IMG/VR virus record: IMGVR_UViG_3300014000_000001
Span: 1 to 64,000 of that record
Source of the DNA: a virus
Taxonomy: Duplodnaviria; Caudoviricetes
Reading direction: 5' to 3' (one strand)
DNA: 64,000 nucleotides
Positions 18,310 to 27,683 of the stretch are shown here, one piece after another (positions within the stretch are counted from its first letter, which is position 1; each line of letters opens with the position of its first letter). A program made the translations under genes and the position numbers. The notes under the pieces were generated by a model. That model saw nothing but the letters and a program-made list of their open reading frames with translations. It was not told the origin of the DNA and searched no databases.

Positions 18310-19845
18310 ATGATTAATAATGAAAATATTCAGGCGCGTTTTGACCTAGAGCCTTGGGCAGAACGCATTGCTGAACTCAAAGAGTTACAAGTGACTGGGG
18401 TTTGCTTTTATACTGATGGCGGACAACGTGTAGTCAACTATGTATCTCGTGGTGGATTTGGTATCCACGCTTATTTCTTCAACGATAATAAACCAGAAGG
18501 GTTGGGAGGTTTTAAACTCGATTACCCCACGCGTTTAGGTTATGTTGAGAAAAAAGCTTGCAATAAAGAAGATACAGTAAATGTCTGTAAATTCTATAAT
18601 GCTTTTGGTAACATCAACGGAGCAACCAGCCCAGTTGCTGAGCTAGAAGCATTCATCCAAGCAGGGTTACTTTTCTTAAATACCAAGATGTATGAATTCT
18701 GTAAACTATTTGTTTTACGATCAGACTGTGAATTGGTTGTAAAAGGAATTAATGAATACTTACAAGGTTGGAAAGTAGCTGGGTGGAAGAAATCTGATGG
18801 AAGACAAGTGAAGAACCTACACCATTGGAAAAAGATTGACAGTATTATCACCGAACTTAATAGCCGTGGTGTTAAGCTTGATATCAACCACGTGTATGGG
18901 CATAAGTTTGATACAGGGAATAACATCTCTGATCAGATGGCAACACTTGGGCTTTATCAGAATAAACTATATGGCGATGAATGGGTAGGACGCGCTGACT
19001 TCCATCAAGCATCGGTTGACTTTAATCCACTTCTTATCGATTCAAAACTTTTGTATTATCCTGCGCGTAATATTAAATGTAAAGGCGATGGGAAATATTA
19101 TCACTTCATCTATAGTAACAATAATAACCAAGATGACATTAACGAAGTTGGTCGCAACCTAGTCGATGCATGTATTGGTTTTGTTATTACGGATGACGAT
19201 CAACCCCAAATTAATGCGCTTTACGATAGTTGTCAAACTTTAGATGTAGCAATGAGTATGACACCGAAAGTGGTTGATTTAAATATAGCAACCAAACCAA
19301 GCATTCAGTTAGAAATTAGAGAAGACCATATCCAAGACTTACCGCGTAAAGTGGATAAGAAAGATATTCGTATTCTCACTACTTCTGAAAAGGTTGCATT
19401 CGTAGTACTCGATCCCCCACGTAATAGCTATTACACCCAAAAGAACGTTGAAAAGTTATTAGAAACTTATCGCTTATTGAAAGGTGGGTTAGAAGATGAT
19501 TTCAAAGAGTTAGACATTACAGATCTACTCTTTGACACGGAAGTGAATGGGAAGGGTGTTACGAAGTATAAGTTCAAAGTCATGGAGTCGCCTAGCATTG
19601 CGGTTGATCTTCCGTGCTGGAAAGAAGATGGGGTGAAACACTTCAAGACTCCACTGACCTTTGGATTAGATTTACCTCGACGAAGAGTGTTTTCTAATAT
19701 CAAGCATTTGAATCCCAAGGTATCTGTATTTACTTGGTATGAAAATGATAAAATTAGTTATTTCGCTACTATTGTTCAAGTAGATGGGGCGGTAGGTGTT
19801 TGGTGCGCCGAACACACTAATTCGATCATTACGGAGGAACTTTAA
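18310..19845 (+). CDS. rnhA: ribonuclease HI with C-terminal extension (phiKZ gp155-like)
   Basis: FYTDGG, AELEA, SDCELVVKGINEYLQGWKVAGWK, VKN..HW, HVYGH...GN..SD.MA. Confidence 0.88.
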   Translation: MINNENIQARFDLEPWAERIAELKELQVTGVCFYTDGGQRVVNYVSRGGFGIHAYFFNDNKPEGLGGFKLDYPTRLGYVEKKACNKEDTVNVCKFYNAFGNINGATSPVAELEAFIQAGLLFLNTKMYEFCKLFVLRSDCELVVKGINEYLQGWKVAGWKKSDGRQVKNLHHWKKIDSIITELNSRGVKLDINHVYGHKFDTGNNISDQMATLGLYQNKLYGDEWVGRADFHQASVDFNPLLIDSKLLYYPARNIKCKGDGKYYHFIYSNNNNQDDINEVGRNLVDACIGFVITDDDQPQINALYDSCQTLDVAMSMTPKVVDLNIATKPSIQLEIREDHIQDLPRKVDKKDIRILTTSEKVAFVVLDPPRNSYYTQKNVEKLLETYRLLKGGLEDDFKELDITDLLFDTEVNGKGVTKYKFKVMESPSIAVDLPCWKEDGVKHFKTPLTFGLDLPRRRVFSNIKHLNPKVSVFTWYENDKISYFATIVQVDGAVGVWCAEHTNSIITEEL

Positions 19846-19846
19846 T

Positions 19847-20275
19847 ATGAGTTCTAAATCTCGACACATTTTGATCTGGATCTTCAGTACGTTAAGTTTT
19901 ATGATTCCTAAAGCTTTTAAACGTCTGGTTGTCATTAGTACACTTTATGCAAAGGGAGCAGAGGAGAAGCTTTTTATCCATGCCGATTATGCAAAACTTA
20001 ATAAGAACATGAATATTGCTTCATCGTTTGATGCGATTCAATCTGCCTTGTGTTTGCAAGGTTTGATTTGGAGAGATGTTGATCTTAACCAAATTATGGT
20101 TGAAGCATCTAAGAATGAATTCAACGGAGAGATGATTCCAGGAAGATTGGCTTTAACCCCAATCACGGAAAAGATTGTAGATTCTCTACCTGATTGGATT
20201 CGTTACAACAGGGCTGAGATGCTCGAAGATATTAGACATCTTTTATCAGCTGAACCCATTGCAATGCACCCATAA
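19847..20275 (+). CDS. conserved hypothetical protein
   Basis: GGAGG SD before ATG 19847. Confidence 0.7.
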   Translation: MSSKSRHILIWIFSTLSFMIPKAFKRLVVISTLYAKGAEEKLFIHADYAKLNKNMNIASSFDAIQSALCLQGLIWRDVDLNQIMVEASKNEFNGEMIPGRLALTPITEKIVDSLPDWIRYNRAEMLEDIRHLLSAEPIAMHP

Positions 20276-20278
20276 CAC

Positions 20279-20306
20279 AGGATGGATGCCCTAGGGCATC
20301 CATCCT
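20279..20306 (+). terminator. CCTAGG-centred palindrome / terminator
   Basis: AGGATGGATGCCCT|AGGGCATCCATCCT. Confidence 0.7.
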
Positions 20307-20326
20307 TACCTATGTTCAATTCACTT

Positions 20327-20354
20327 TATTTTAGATATACATTATCTATGTGAA
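20327..20354 (+). promoter_or_regulatory. putative phage early promoter
   Basis: TATTTTAGATATACATTATCTATGTGAA. Confidence 0.65.
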
Positions 20355-20383
20355 TTACCATTCACTATATTACAGAGGTTATT

Positions 20384-20755
20384 ATGTTTAAGACACTTAA
20401 AGAAGCGAAGGCGTTTTTAAATAAAATCATTACGTTTGAACAATCAGATGAGAATGAGGTTTACTACGAATATTTGGACGCTAGTAAACTCTCTGAGGAG
20501 GAGGATGAAAATAAATTCCAGATTGAAAACATGAAGGAACTTATTGAGTTATTGAAGAAGGGAGATGGTAAAAAAATCATCATCTATTTCGAAAGCGATG
20601 TGGATGAAGGTTGCGTGAGTGTCATTCTACATCGTGGAGGGTTCATTAATTTCGAATGCCAGGCACCTGTAGGGCAAGCTTCATTATTGATGCAGGCGCT
20701 TTACCTAGTACGTAATGATTTAGAACCATCCAGTGTCGGCTATAGTCAAGACTAA
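20384..20755 (+). CDS. hypothetical acidic protein, single-gene unit
   Basis: Own promoter motif, TATATTACAGAGGT leader and terminator. Confidence 0.75.
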   Translation: MFKTLKEAKAFLNKIITFEQSDENEVYYEYLDASKLSEEEDENKFQIENMKELIELLKKGDGKKIIIYFESDVDEGCVSVILHRGGFINFECQAPVGQASLLMQALYLVRNDLEPSSVGYSQD

Positions 20756-20774
20756 TAATGATTTGATCAAAATT

Positions 20775-20804
20775 AAGAAAGGAGCCTAGGCTCCTTTCTT
20801 TTTT
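20775..20804. terminator. bidirectional terminator (CCTAGG palindrome)
   Basis: AAGAAAGGAGCCT|AGGCTCCTTTCTT + T-run. Confidence 0.8.
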
Positions 20805-21726
20805 ATGCTTTTTTATTATGTTTCTTATAATCATCAATCTCAATACGGATGATGTCATTGTGTTGATTTAGTACAGTAAGTAGCGTTTCACATAAACTCA
20901 CTGTAGCTCCAGCAAAGGCAATGTTGTTGGATGAGCGTTCAATCACCTCTGAATAAGTTTTGATATTGTCAGTTGGAATAGTTTCATTACGAGTGCGCAT
21001 AATCAAACGATCCATCAACGCAGTTAAGTTCTTAATGTCCTTACTGTATTTATTCAGTTGTAGTTTTTTCAAACGTTGAGAAATACTCAATGCTACCTTA
21101 CCACATTCTTTCCATTCAGCGTTTGAATAATAAATAGAACCAAACTTCACAAACTCTTGAGTATGATTACTGGTAATCATCTTTGCGAGTTCATCTTTGG
21201 TTTTATCTACATCCTGAGAATACATCTTGATTTCAGTCAGTGATGAGATTGGACTCATTGAAGTTAACGCTTCTTTATCTGCAACTAACTGAGCTACTAC
21301 TTTAAGGAGCGCAGCTAATTCGAATTCAAGAATGTTCGCAGCAAGCGTTAGGGATTCATCTAATTTCTTAGTGTATGTGAAGATATCAGCTTTTAGTCCA
21401 AGTACGTTAGGTAAATCTACCTTAGCTAACGTAGTGTAAGGAATACTACTGATGTCGTAAACCACAGATGAATCTAAACGGAAATAAGTCTTAAAGCTGT
21501 TTAGGGTATCGTTCATGACAATCCCTAAAGTATTGATACGATCTCTTAGAAGATCATCCCAGTAATCCATAGCACCAGCCATACCTTCTAATTTAAGCAT
21601 GGTGATATTTTGACTGTTATTGGGTTGACCCAACATCAATTTCATTGGAAGCTCATGTTGGGATGTTACCCCAGGAACAGGCTGTAATGATTTAACAAAG
21701 GTGCGTTTTTGGGCAAAGATACTCAT
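20803..21726 (-). CDS. helical phiKZ-like virion/internal head protein
   Basis: Between RNase H and UvsX blocks; N-terminal segment ending LKLE-G resembles a propeptide; ATG 21726 preferred. Confidence 0.5.
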   Translation of the reverse strand: MSIFAQKRTFVKSLQPVPGVTSQHELPMKLMLGQPNNSQNITMLKLEGMAGAMDYWDDLLRDRINTLGIVMNDTLNSFKTYFRLDSSVVYDISSIPYTTLAKVDLPNVLGLKADIFTYTKKLDESLTLAANILEFELAALLKVVAQLVADKEALTSMSPISSLTEIKMYSQDVDKTKDELAKMITSNHTQEFVKFGSIYYSNAEWKECGKVALSISQRLKKLQLNKYSKDIKNLTALMDRLIMRTRNETIPTDNIKTYSEVIERSSNNIAFAGATVSLCETLLTVLNQHNDIIRIEIDDYKKHNKKA

Positions 21727-21780
21727 AATGGTTAACCTTATCTTTTGGGAAATAAACAACTCATACAAATCAAGTTGAAA

Positions 21781-21809
21781 TATTTACAGATATACATAAT
21801 CTATGTGAA
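21781..21809 (+). promoter_or_regulatory. putative phage early promoter
   Basis: TATTTACAGATATACATAATCTATGTGAA. Confidence 0.65.
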
Positions 21810-21843
21810 TTATTGTTTTGATATATTACAGAGGTAAAGAGTT

Positions 21844-22344
21844 ATGTACACAATTAAATTTGATAAAGTGGATATAGATTTAAATAAAGCAAGAATCATT
21901 GATACGTTGAAATTTCTATGCTCAGAGTTTAATGTTCCTCATAATCATCTCCACATCACTCATGGCGCTGCTGCCGTGATTAATGGTATTCGTGAAACTA
22001 CTCGGGATATTGACGTATGTGTACTGTCGCCAATTACATGGGAGGAGTTTAAAGGTATTGGGTTAGTTGAATGTAAACGTTATGAGTTGCTAGGTTTAAA
22101 TGTTGGGGCTGATGTGTTGGACTTTGGTATGGTTGAACTCCATTGGCCTGACGAATTTGACATTAGTCAGGATGTAAATGTTGTTGATGGTTTTCTGGTA
22201 TCTACAAACTATCAGATTCTCATTGAGCGTATTAAACTTGGTCGTGATAAAGATCTGGAAGAAGCTATTAAGTTAATTCCAGAACATTTTGCTAGCTTAC
22301 CAAAATACTTACAAGAACGCGCTGCTATGTTGGGGTGGGTGTGA
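21844..22344 (+). CDS. nucleotidyltransferase-fold protein
   Basis: ITHGAAAVINGIRETTRDIDV (GxA...DxD), C-terminal LGRDKD. Confidence 0.65.
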   Translation: MYTIKFDKVDIDLNKARIIDTLKFLCSEFNVPHNHLHITHGAAAVINGIRETTRDIDVCVLSPITWEEFKGIGLVECKRYELLGLNVGADVLDFGMVELHWPDEFDISQDVNVVDGFLVSTNYQILIERIKLGRDKDLEEAIKLIPEHFASLPKYLQERAAMLGWV

Positions 22345-23096
22345 TGAAAAGTTTAAAAGATCGTATTTTATCCCATACGTTTGCTATCGCTAAAGATAAA
22401 CGCCCTGAGCTTACCCCATATGTGGATATGCGTCAATCTGTTTTCGTTACAGGGATAGATAAAGCAACCTATCCTGAAATCAATGTCAATGAGGTAGATT
22501 TCTCGAAGTTGATGTTTAATGATTTTGTAGCAGTGTTGGAGTGTAGACATGACCCAAAGTCTACCGTTACTCATGATGCTGGAATTCTCATTCGGGTGTT
22601 TAGGAAGAATGAGGTGTATGTTTCTGGTACGTTTATGATGCTAGTAACCGAAGGTGGGATCAAGAATAGTTATGCTGTCCTTTGTGGGATTGAGCTCAAT
22701 TGTGCTAAACAAGAGGTTCAGTTGGTTCACATCCCTGAGATTAATACCAAGTTCGTAACTGAGAACGATAAGAATATTGTGGAGGAGTTCTTGAAGGTTA
22801 TTTATGTTACTCAGAATTATGAGCGTATGGTTAAGAAGAGGGTACCACGCAAATACGCTTATCAGAAGCTCCCATGGAGTGTTCGTGATACTCATATCGA
22901 ATATACAATTGATTTAAGTAAACCTAAGTATGTTCAAAATGAAGTATCTCAAGATAAACGAAAACATGCAGGGATGCCTGAACATGAACGACGTGGACAT
23001 TGGAGGACGTATAAAAGTGGAAAGAAGGTCTTTATTAAATCTTGCGAGATCAATAAAGGCAAAGGTAACAAAGTAGAGAAAAGTTATAAACTTTAG
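22344..23096 (+). CDS. hypothetical protein with basic HxRRGHWR C-terminal motif
   Basis: PEHERRGHWRTYKSGKKVFIK; TGATG coupling. Confidence 0.7.
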   Translation: MKSLKDRILSHTFAIAKDKRPELTPYVDMRQSVFVTGIDKATYPEINVNEVDFSKLMFNDFVAVLECRHDPKSTVTHDAGILIRVFRKNEVYVSGTFMMLVTEGGIKNSYAVLCGIELNCAKQEVQLVHIPEINTKFVTENDKNIVEEFLKVIYVTQNYERMVKKRVPRKYAYQKLPWSVRDTHIEYTIDLSKPKYVQNEVSQDKRKHAGMPEHERRGHWRTYKSGKKVFIKSCEINKGKGNKVEKSYKL

Positions 23097-23106
23097 GGGA
23101 AAGTAA

Positions 23107-23235
23107 ATGGATAAAACTGATTGGGTGATCGTTAGTGTTAATGTTTTAATTGGATCTGTCTTATTGTATATCTTTTGGGACATAATTCACCTTTATGCAT
23201 CTTCTTATATTTCATCTTACTTAAAGGGAAAGTAA
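23107..23235 (+). CDS. 42-aa membrane peptide (below ORF-track cutoff)
   Basis: MDKTDWVIVSVNVLIGSVLLYIFWDIIHLYASSYISSYLKGK; fills the gap exactly; same GGGAAAGTAAATG start context as next gene. Confidence 0.6.
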   Translation: MDKTDWVIVSVNVLIGSVLLYIFWDIIHLYASSYISSYLKGK

Positions 23236-23778
23236 ATGAACAATAACGTTCGTATTGTCGTTGATTTTGAAATCACCCCTGAGTTAGTGGGAGTTTATTC
23301 TCGCTCTACCTCTTGTCAATTTGTTGGGGAGAAAGATGGACCTTATTGTTTATCTAGATCGGTTCAAGAGTTACAACGTATATCGGTAACAAAGATGTAC
23401 GGTGGTAAAGAACGTTTAGGGATTATGAAGATTTATTATCAGGATCAATTGGTGGGGTTTGCACTACCTCGGATTCTACATGTCGATGAACATAAGATAT
23501 TTAAGATTGATGAAGGTCAAACCTATCACCGTGTAGGTACTGTGTATGTCGATCACCTTTATCGAGGAAAAGGAATTATTGCCCAAGCGATTAAGTTGTT
23601 TAAAGCCATTTACCCTAATCTAATTTGGACCTGTGATGAGAAGAATACCTCATCACAAAAAGCAGCTGTAAAGGGAGATCTTAAGTTTAGTCATTTGATC
23701 TATTTCAAATCAAAAACTGAATGGAGTTTTGAACCTATGCTTGATCATGTTAGAGTTAGTCACGTTTATGTAAGTTAA
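23236..23778 (+). CDS. GNAT-family acetyltransferase
   Basis: VGTVYVDHLYRGKGI (motif A) and NTSSQK (motif B). Confidence 0.7.
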   Translation: MNNNVRIVVDFEITPELVGVYSRSTSCQFVGEKDGPYCLSRSVQELQRISVTKMYGGKERLGIMKIYYQDQLVGFALPRILHVDEHKIFKIDEGQTYHRVGTVYVDHLYRGKGIIAQAIKLFKAIYPNLIWTCDEKNTSSQKAAVKGDLKFSHLIYFKSKTEWSFEPMLDHVRVSHVYVS

Positions 23779-23794
23779 AACCACAGAGGTCAAT

Positions 23795-24079
23795 ATGAAA
23801 TATTTACTCATCCTGATACCATTTTTGTTAGTAGGATGTCAACGCACATTGGAATGTAGACCCTATCAAGATTATGAAGTGGTTGCAGCTAATGGGTACA
23901 AATATCGAAATGAAATTAAATTCTTGTATGAACAATGTTTAAGTGAAGGTACCTACGAACCTAAAGATTGTTTAAAGGGTGCACAACGCATTTATTCAGC
24001 AGAACCAGCATTGTTGACATCAAACGAGGATCTTGCACGTGCTGAAGATCGACTATTGAAGTGCGGTTATTTAAAATAG
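23795..24079 (+). CDS. lipoprotein
   Basis: MKYLLILIPFLLVG|C lipobox; four more Cys. Confidence 0.75.
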   Translation: MKYLLILIPFLLVGCQRTLECRPYQDYEVVAANGYKYRNEIKFLYEQCLSEGTYEPKDCLKGAQRIYSAEPALLTSNEDLARAEDRLLKCGYLK

Positions 24080-24107
24080 AATTCATGCGTTAAATGAGGA
24101 AGCGCAT

Positions 24108-24144
24108 AAATAAAGCAGGGAAGGGTGTGCGCCCTTCCCTGCTT
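24108..24144. terminator. GC-rich hairpin with best U-tract on the minus strand
   Basis: AAGCAGGGAAGGG-tgtgcg-CCCTTCCCTGCTT; minus strand continues TTTATTTATG. Confidence 0.7.
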
Positions 24145-24151
24145 GTTGTAC

Positions 24152-24387
24152 GAGTCACTCTCCTCAAAGAGGAGTAATTCATGAGAAAATCTACTGTGTT
24201 AGAAGTACTTAAAGTACTTCACCTCACTCTGGTAATCATCCACTTATTACTTAAGATCTGTTTAGCTCTTATGTCGTAATCGGACTGCTCATGAGTTATG
24301 CCTGATTAGCCCAATCGATTTGTCAGGTATTGTTAAATGCTGTTATGCTCTAAATAACGCAACAACCCACTATCATCAGGGTGACTC
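24152..24387. ncRNA. candidate structured RNA (mRNA fold or antisense sRNA)
   Basis: Closing helix GAGTCAC/GTGACTC plus at least four internal helices. Confidence 0.4.
24181..24279 (+). CDS. 32-aa hydrophobic peptide (type I toxin-like)
   Basis: MRKSTVLEVLKVLHLTLVIIHLLLKICLALMS; GAGGAG SD 6 nt upstream, inside hairpin CTCCTC-aaa-GAGGAG. Confidence 0.5.
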   Translation: MRKSTVLEVLKVLHLTLVIIHLLLKICLALMS

Positions 24388-24435
24388 TATATAATATATC
24401 AATCTTGTAAATTAATCGCAGAGGTAAATTAAATC

Positions 24436-24777
24436 ATGTCTAAATTTATTGAATTTCATGATGAGCAAGGTGTTAAGATTCTAACTCACACTGAAGGGTT
24501 AGTATTACGGTTAACCACTGAGCTTGAGATTAGTAACTCTACCAATACCTGGAAGATTACTAATAATCCTCAGACAGCCTATGTTAATATTCGGGCTCAA
24601 TTAGGAATGGGCATTAGTGGTAACAACCCAGGACGTAAAAAACAGAAAGTATCAGTTAATGGAGTTGTTTACGATTCTGTATCCATTGCTGCGGCGGCTA
24701 TGAACATTACTCAACCTGCTTTATCTCAATTATTAGCGAAAGGCGGAGATGAAAACATATTTCGTGTAGAAGATTAG
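24436..24777 (+). CDS. small protein with NUMOD1-like DNA-binding C-terminus
   Basis: NPGRKKQKVSVNGVVYDSVSIAAAAMNITQPALSQLL. Confidence 0.55.
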   Translation: MSKFIEFHDEQGVKILTHTEGLVLRLTTELEISNSTNTWKITNNPQTAYVNIRAQLGMGISGNNPGRKKQKVSVNGVVYDSVSIAAAAMNITQPALSQLLAKGGDENIFRVED

Positions 24778-24893
24778 ATAAAGCCCTAAAGGGCTTTTCT
24801 TTTTTGTCCAACCACGTCCAATATTGTTTATTTTTTTATCTTTAGGTCGATTCATTTGGAACAATATTTTTCAGCAAATGTAAGGTTTAAGCA

Positions 24894-26393
24894 ATGGGAT
24901 TATTCAAGAAAGAAGAACGACCAGAATCACACTTTACCACTCCTCGATTTCCAATTCATCCATTGGTTGACATCATTACTGGGGAATGGGTTGTGGGACA
25001 TAAAGGGGATATGATTTGTAATGGTGGTCTTTGTCCACACATGGCAATTACAGGGAAAGGTAACTCGAATAAAACATTGATCATGTTATCTATCATCATG
25101 ACCTTCTTAATTCGTAATCGTCATGTGACTTTTGATATTGATTCACAAGTCTATGAAACCGAAAATACATTAGAATACATGCGTTGTATTCAAATTGCTC
25201 GTGGGATGGCAGCTTATGCAGGTTATACCGATGAAGAGATTGAAGAGATCATTAGTTGGATTTCTGATCACTTTGTTCTTCGTAACTCATCTAAACTTGC
25301 AGGGAATGCATTCTACGATGAGATGAATGAATTGTGTGACGAACGTTTAAAGCGTACCAAAGATAAAATCCTTTTACCGTTCAATGACTTCAAAGGAAAA
25401 CCTATTGAAATCCATACCCCACATCCATGTGGTATTGATTCATTCTCAGCCTTAGAACCCGGAGTGGTTACCGAGAAATTCTTAGATAACAACACTGCAG
25501 GTTCTTCTGATAACAATACCATGTATTTAAAAGAAGCTGGCGCTAAAACCCAAATGCTGCAAAAGTGGTTGAATCAAAATCCTCGATCTAGCATTTACAT
25601 GATCTCATCTGCCCATATGGGTGACAACATCAACATGGACCCGCGAGCCCCTGCTGAGAAAAAGATGATGTTCATGAAGCAAAATCATAAGCTTAAGAAC
25701 GTTCCGGAGAAGTATTACTTCTATGTGTCGTGTATGTTCTTTGTCAACGGTTCTGTTCCTTTAGTGAACAATGATAAAGTTCCACTTTATCCAATGGATT
25801 CTGATGATAAAGAGAAACGTGACTCTAAAGACATTCGTCTTGAATTAATTGTACTGCGTAATAAGCATGGTCAGTCTGGCGCTTATCTTCCTTTGATTGC
25901 TAACCAGAATACTGGAATTGATTGGCACCTATCTGCTTTTGATTATTGTAAAGACAATGGTCGTTGGGGGTTTGATGGTAATGATCGTACTTACGTTTTA
26001 GATTTGCTCCCTGATGTTAAGCTTGATCGTAATGTGATCAAACGTAAACTGCGCACAGATGCTCGCCTACGTCGCGCTGTGGACATTAACTGTGAAATGC
26101 AACTAATGTACCGCTATCACTTTGATAAGCTACCACGGCATTTACGTTGCACTCCTAAGGAACTTTACGATGGGCTTAAAGAGTTAGGTTATGATTGGGA
26201 TATGATTCTAGGGGAAACCCGTAGTTATTATACGCTTGATCATTATGAAAATCCTGTTCCGCCTATTTCAACTTATGATTTACTTCGTATGCGTGTAGGT
26301 GAATATATCCCTTATTGGATGAGTGAAGAGCAGATTCCTGACCTTGTGAAACAAATGCGTGATAAACCGAAAGAGGTTGTTCAAGCGGCATGA
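24894..26393 (+). CDS. uvsX: UvsX/RecA-like ATPase (phiKZ gp152-like)
   Basis: Walker A-like ITGKGNSNKT, YETENT, Walker B-like GIDSFS, RNKHGQSG; synteny. Confidence 0.75.
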   Translation: MGLFKKEERPESHFTTPRFPIHPLVDIITGEWVVGHKGDMICNGGLCPHMAITGKGNSNKTLIMLSIIMTFLIRNRHVTFDIDSQVYETENTLEYMRCIQIARGMAAYAGYTDEEIEEIISWISDHFVLRNSSKLAGNAFYDEMNELCDERLKRTKDKILLPFNDFKGKPIEIHTPHPCGIDSFSALEPGVVTEKFLDNNTAGSSDNNTMYLKEAGAKTQMLQKWLNQNPRSSIYMISSAHMGDNINMDPRAPAEKKMMFMKQNHKLKNVPEKYYFYVSCMFFVNGSVPLVNNDKVPLYPMDSDDKEKRDSKDIRLELIVLRNKHGQSGAYLPLIANQNTGIDWHLSAFDYCKDNGRWGFDGNDRTYVLDLLPDVKLDRNVIKRKLRTDARLRRAVDINCEMQLMYRYHFDKLPRHLRCTPKELYDGLKELGYDWDMILGETRSYYTLDHYENPVPPISTYDLLRMRVGEYIPYWMSEEQIPDLVKQMRDKPKEVVQAA

Positions 26394-26596
26394 TCAAGAA
26401 AGGTAGTTTAGTCATCCCTGTGGGTGATTTAATTGATCCTAAGTTGGTGAGAGTGCGTAGAGTTGTGAATGTAACTCGGGATGGGAAACGTGTCCTCACC
26501 ACATTAACTTTAGGTGGGCATAAGTGGGTAGATGTTAATCAATTCCGTTTAGCTACTAAAGAAGAAATTGCTAATTCAGTCTTCGCACCTTCTTAG
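26390..26596 (+). CDS. hypothetical protein
   Basis: ATGA-coupled 68-aa ORF. Confidence 0.65.
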   Translation: MIKKGSLVIPVGDLIDPKLVRVRRVVNVTRDGKRVLTTLTLGGHKWVDVNQFRLATKEEIANSVFAPS

Positions 26597-26668
26597 GAGG
26601 GTGCGTTGTTTATGCTGTTAATTAAAACCCTATTAGCGATTATTTGAATTTCCATAGAGATTATAATC

Positions 26669-27289
26669 ATGTTAGATCATCAGGTGTCCATTCTATCTTT
26701 GATGTGGTTTCAAGAATGTCATAACCGACACTACCATCAAGATATTCATCATTTACAAACCATGAAAGCCATCTCACACTTTCAACACCATCTTGTAAAA
26801 TATAATGGACAGATTGATCGTCAGTTGGATATTGGTAAGTTTGCTAAAGTTGAAATTATCGATGCTATGATCTGTTGTATTGGTGCGTTGAGTCGTTTAA
26901 ACTTTGATATGTCTGAACTCTATCGAAAGGTAATGGGTGAGACTAAGACATCAAAACTTTATGTGACATTCCCCGACCTTTATCAGATATATTCAATTCT
27001 TCGTTGGAATGAAATATCAGTTGTTTTACAGAACATCTCTAAGCTGGTTGAAGGTTGGGATCATGTCGAAGCTCTCCCCTATCGGGAAGGATTAACCAAG
27101 AACTTCTCTGAAGCTTTCATGGTGTATTATGGGTTATATATTGACAGTGGTGAAACAGGGTTCGTTGATGCTTATGTTGATCGTCTGACTAAGATCAAGG
27201 AAAAGAACATGTTCCACGAAGACTATTTAAAAGATCAATTACCAAGAGGTGCATTAAGACCTCTTAAGTTTAAAGAAGAGGAATTGTAA
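26669..27289 (+). CDS. hypothetical helical protein (possibly MazG-like)
   Basis: HHLVKYNG...EIIDAMIC; fold guess is weak. Confidence 0.5.
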   Translation: MLDHQVSILSLMWFQECHNRHYHQDIHHLQTMKAISHFQHHLVKYNGQIDRQLDIGKFAKVEIIDAMICCIGALSRLNFDMSELYRKVMGETKTSKLYVTFPDLYQIYSILRWNEISVVLQNISKLVEGWDHVEALPYREGLTKNFSEAFMVYYGLYIDSGETGFVDAYVDRLTKIKEKNMFHEDYLKDQLPRGALRPLKFKEEEL

Positions 27290-27615
27290 TGGATATTTTT
27301 AATTGTTTTAAACCTAAAGTATCTGCAAAATCAGCAATACGTAACGCACCACTTGCAAATATTGAATGCTCTGAAAGTCCTAAAGGTCCAAGAACCAATG
27401 ATTGTTACGAACCTGAAAACTATGCTAACGATATCATCACTCTATTAAATACTAGACGTGATCTTAAATCAGCTGTGGGTAATAGTGCGATTATTGAAGC
27501 TATCTACGAAATCCATTTGTCATCTTCGGTAAAAGATGAAGTTGCAGCGATGGTGTTATCTAAACTGAACGATAAGGACGATATTCTATTCTTCCAACGA
27601 GCAATCAAAAAGTAG
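27289..27615 (+). CDS. hypothetical protein
   Basis: GAGGA SD, TAATG coupling. Confidence 0.65.
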   Translation: MDIFNCFKPKVSAKSAIRNAPLANIECSESPKGPRTNDCYEPENYANDIITLLNTRRDLKSAVGNSAIIEAIYEIHLSSSVKDEVAAMVLSKLNDKDDILFFQRAIKK

Positions 27616-27683
27616 AAAGAAAACTGGTGGCCCTATATTGTTTTTAGAATTCTTTTGACTAGATAAGTTTTAAGAGAATAATT

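Noticed and set aside
24373-24379. CTGATGA on the minus strand (hammerhead ribozyme core)
   Set aside because: No downstream GAAA core element or stem II arrangement within the structured region
24152-24387. tmRNA/tRNA-like identity for the structured locus
   Set aside because: No T-loop, CCA end or recognisable tag reading frame
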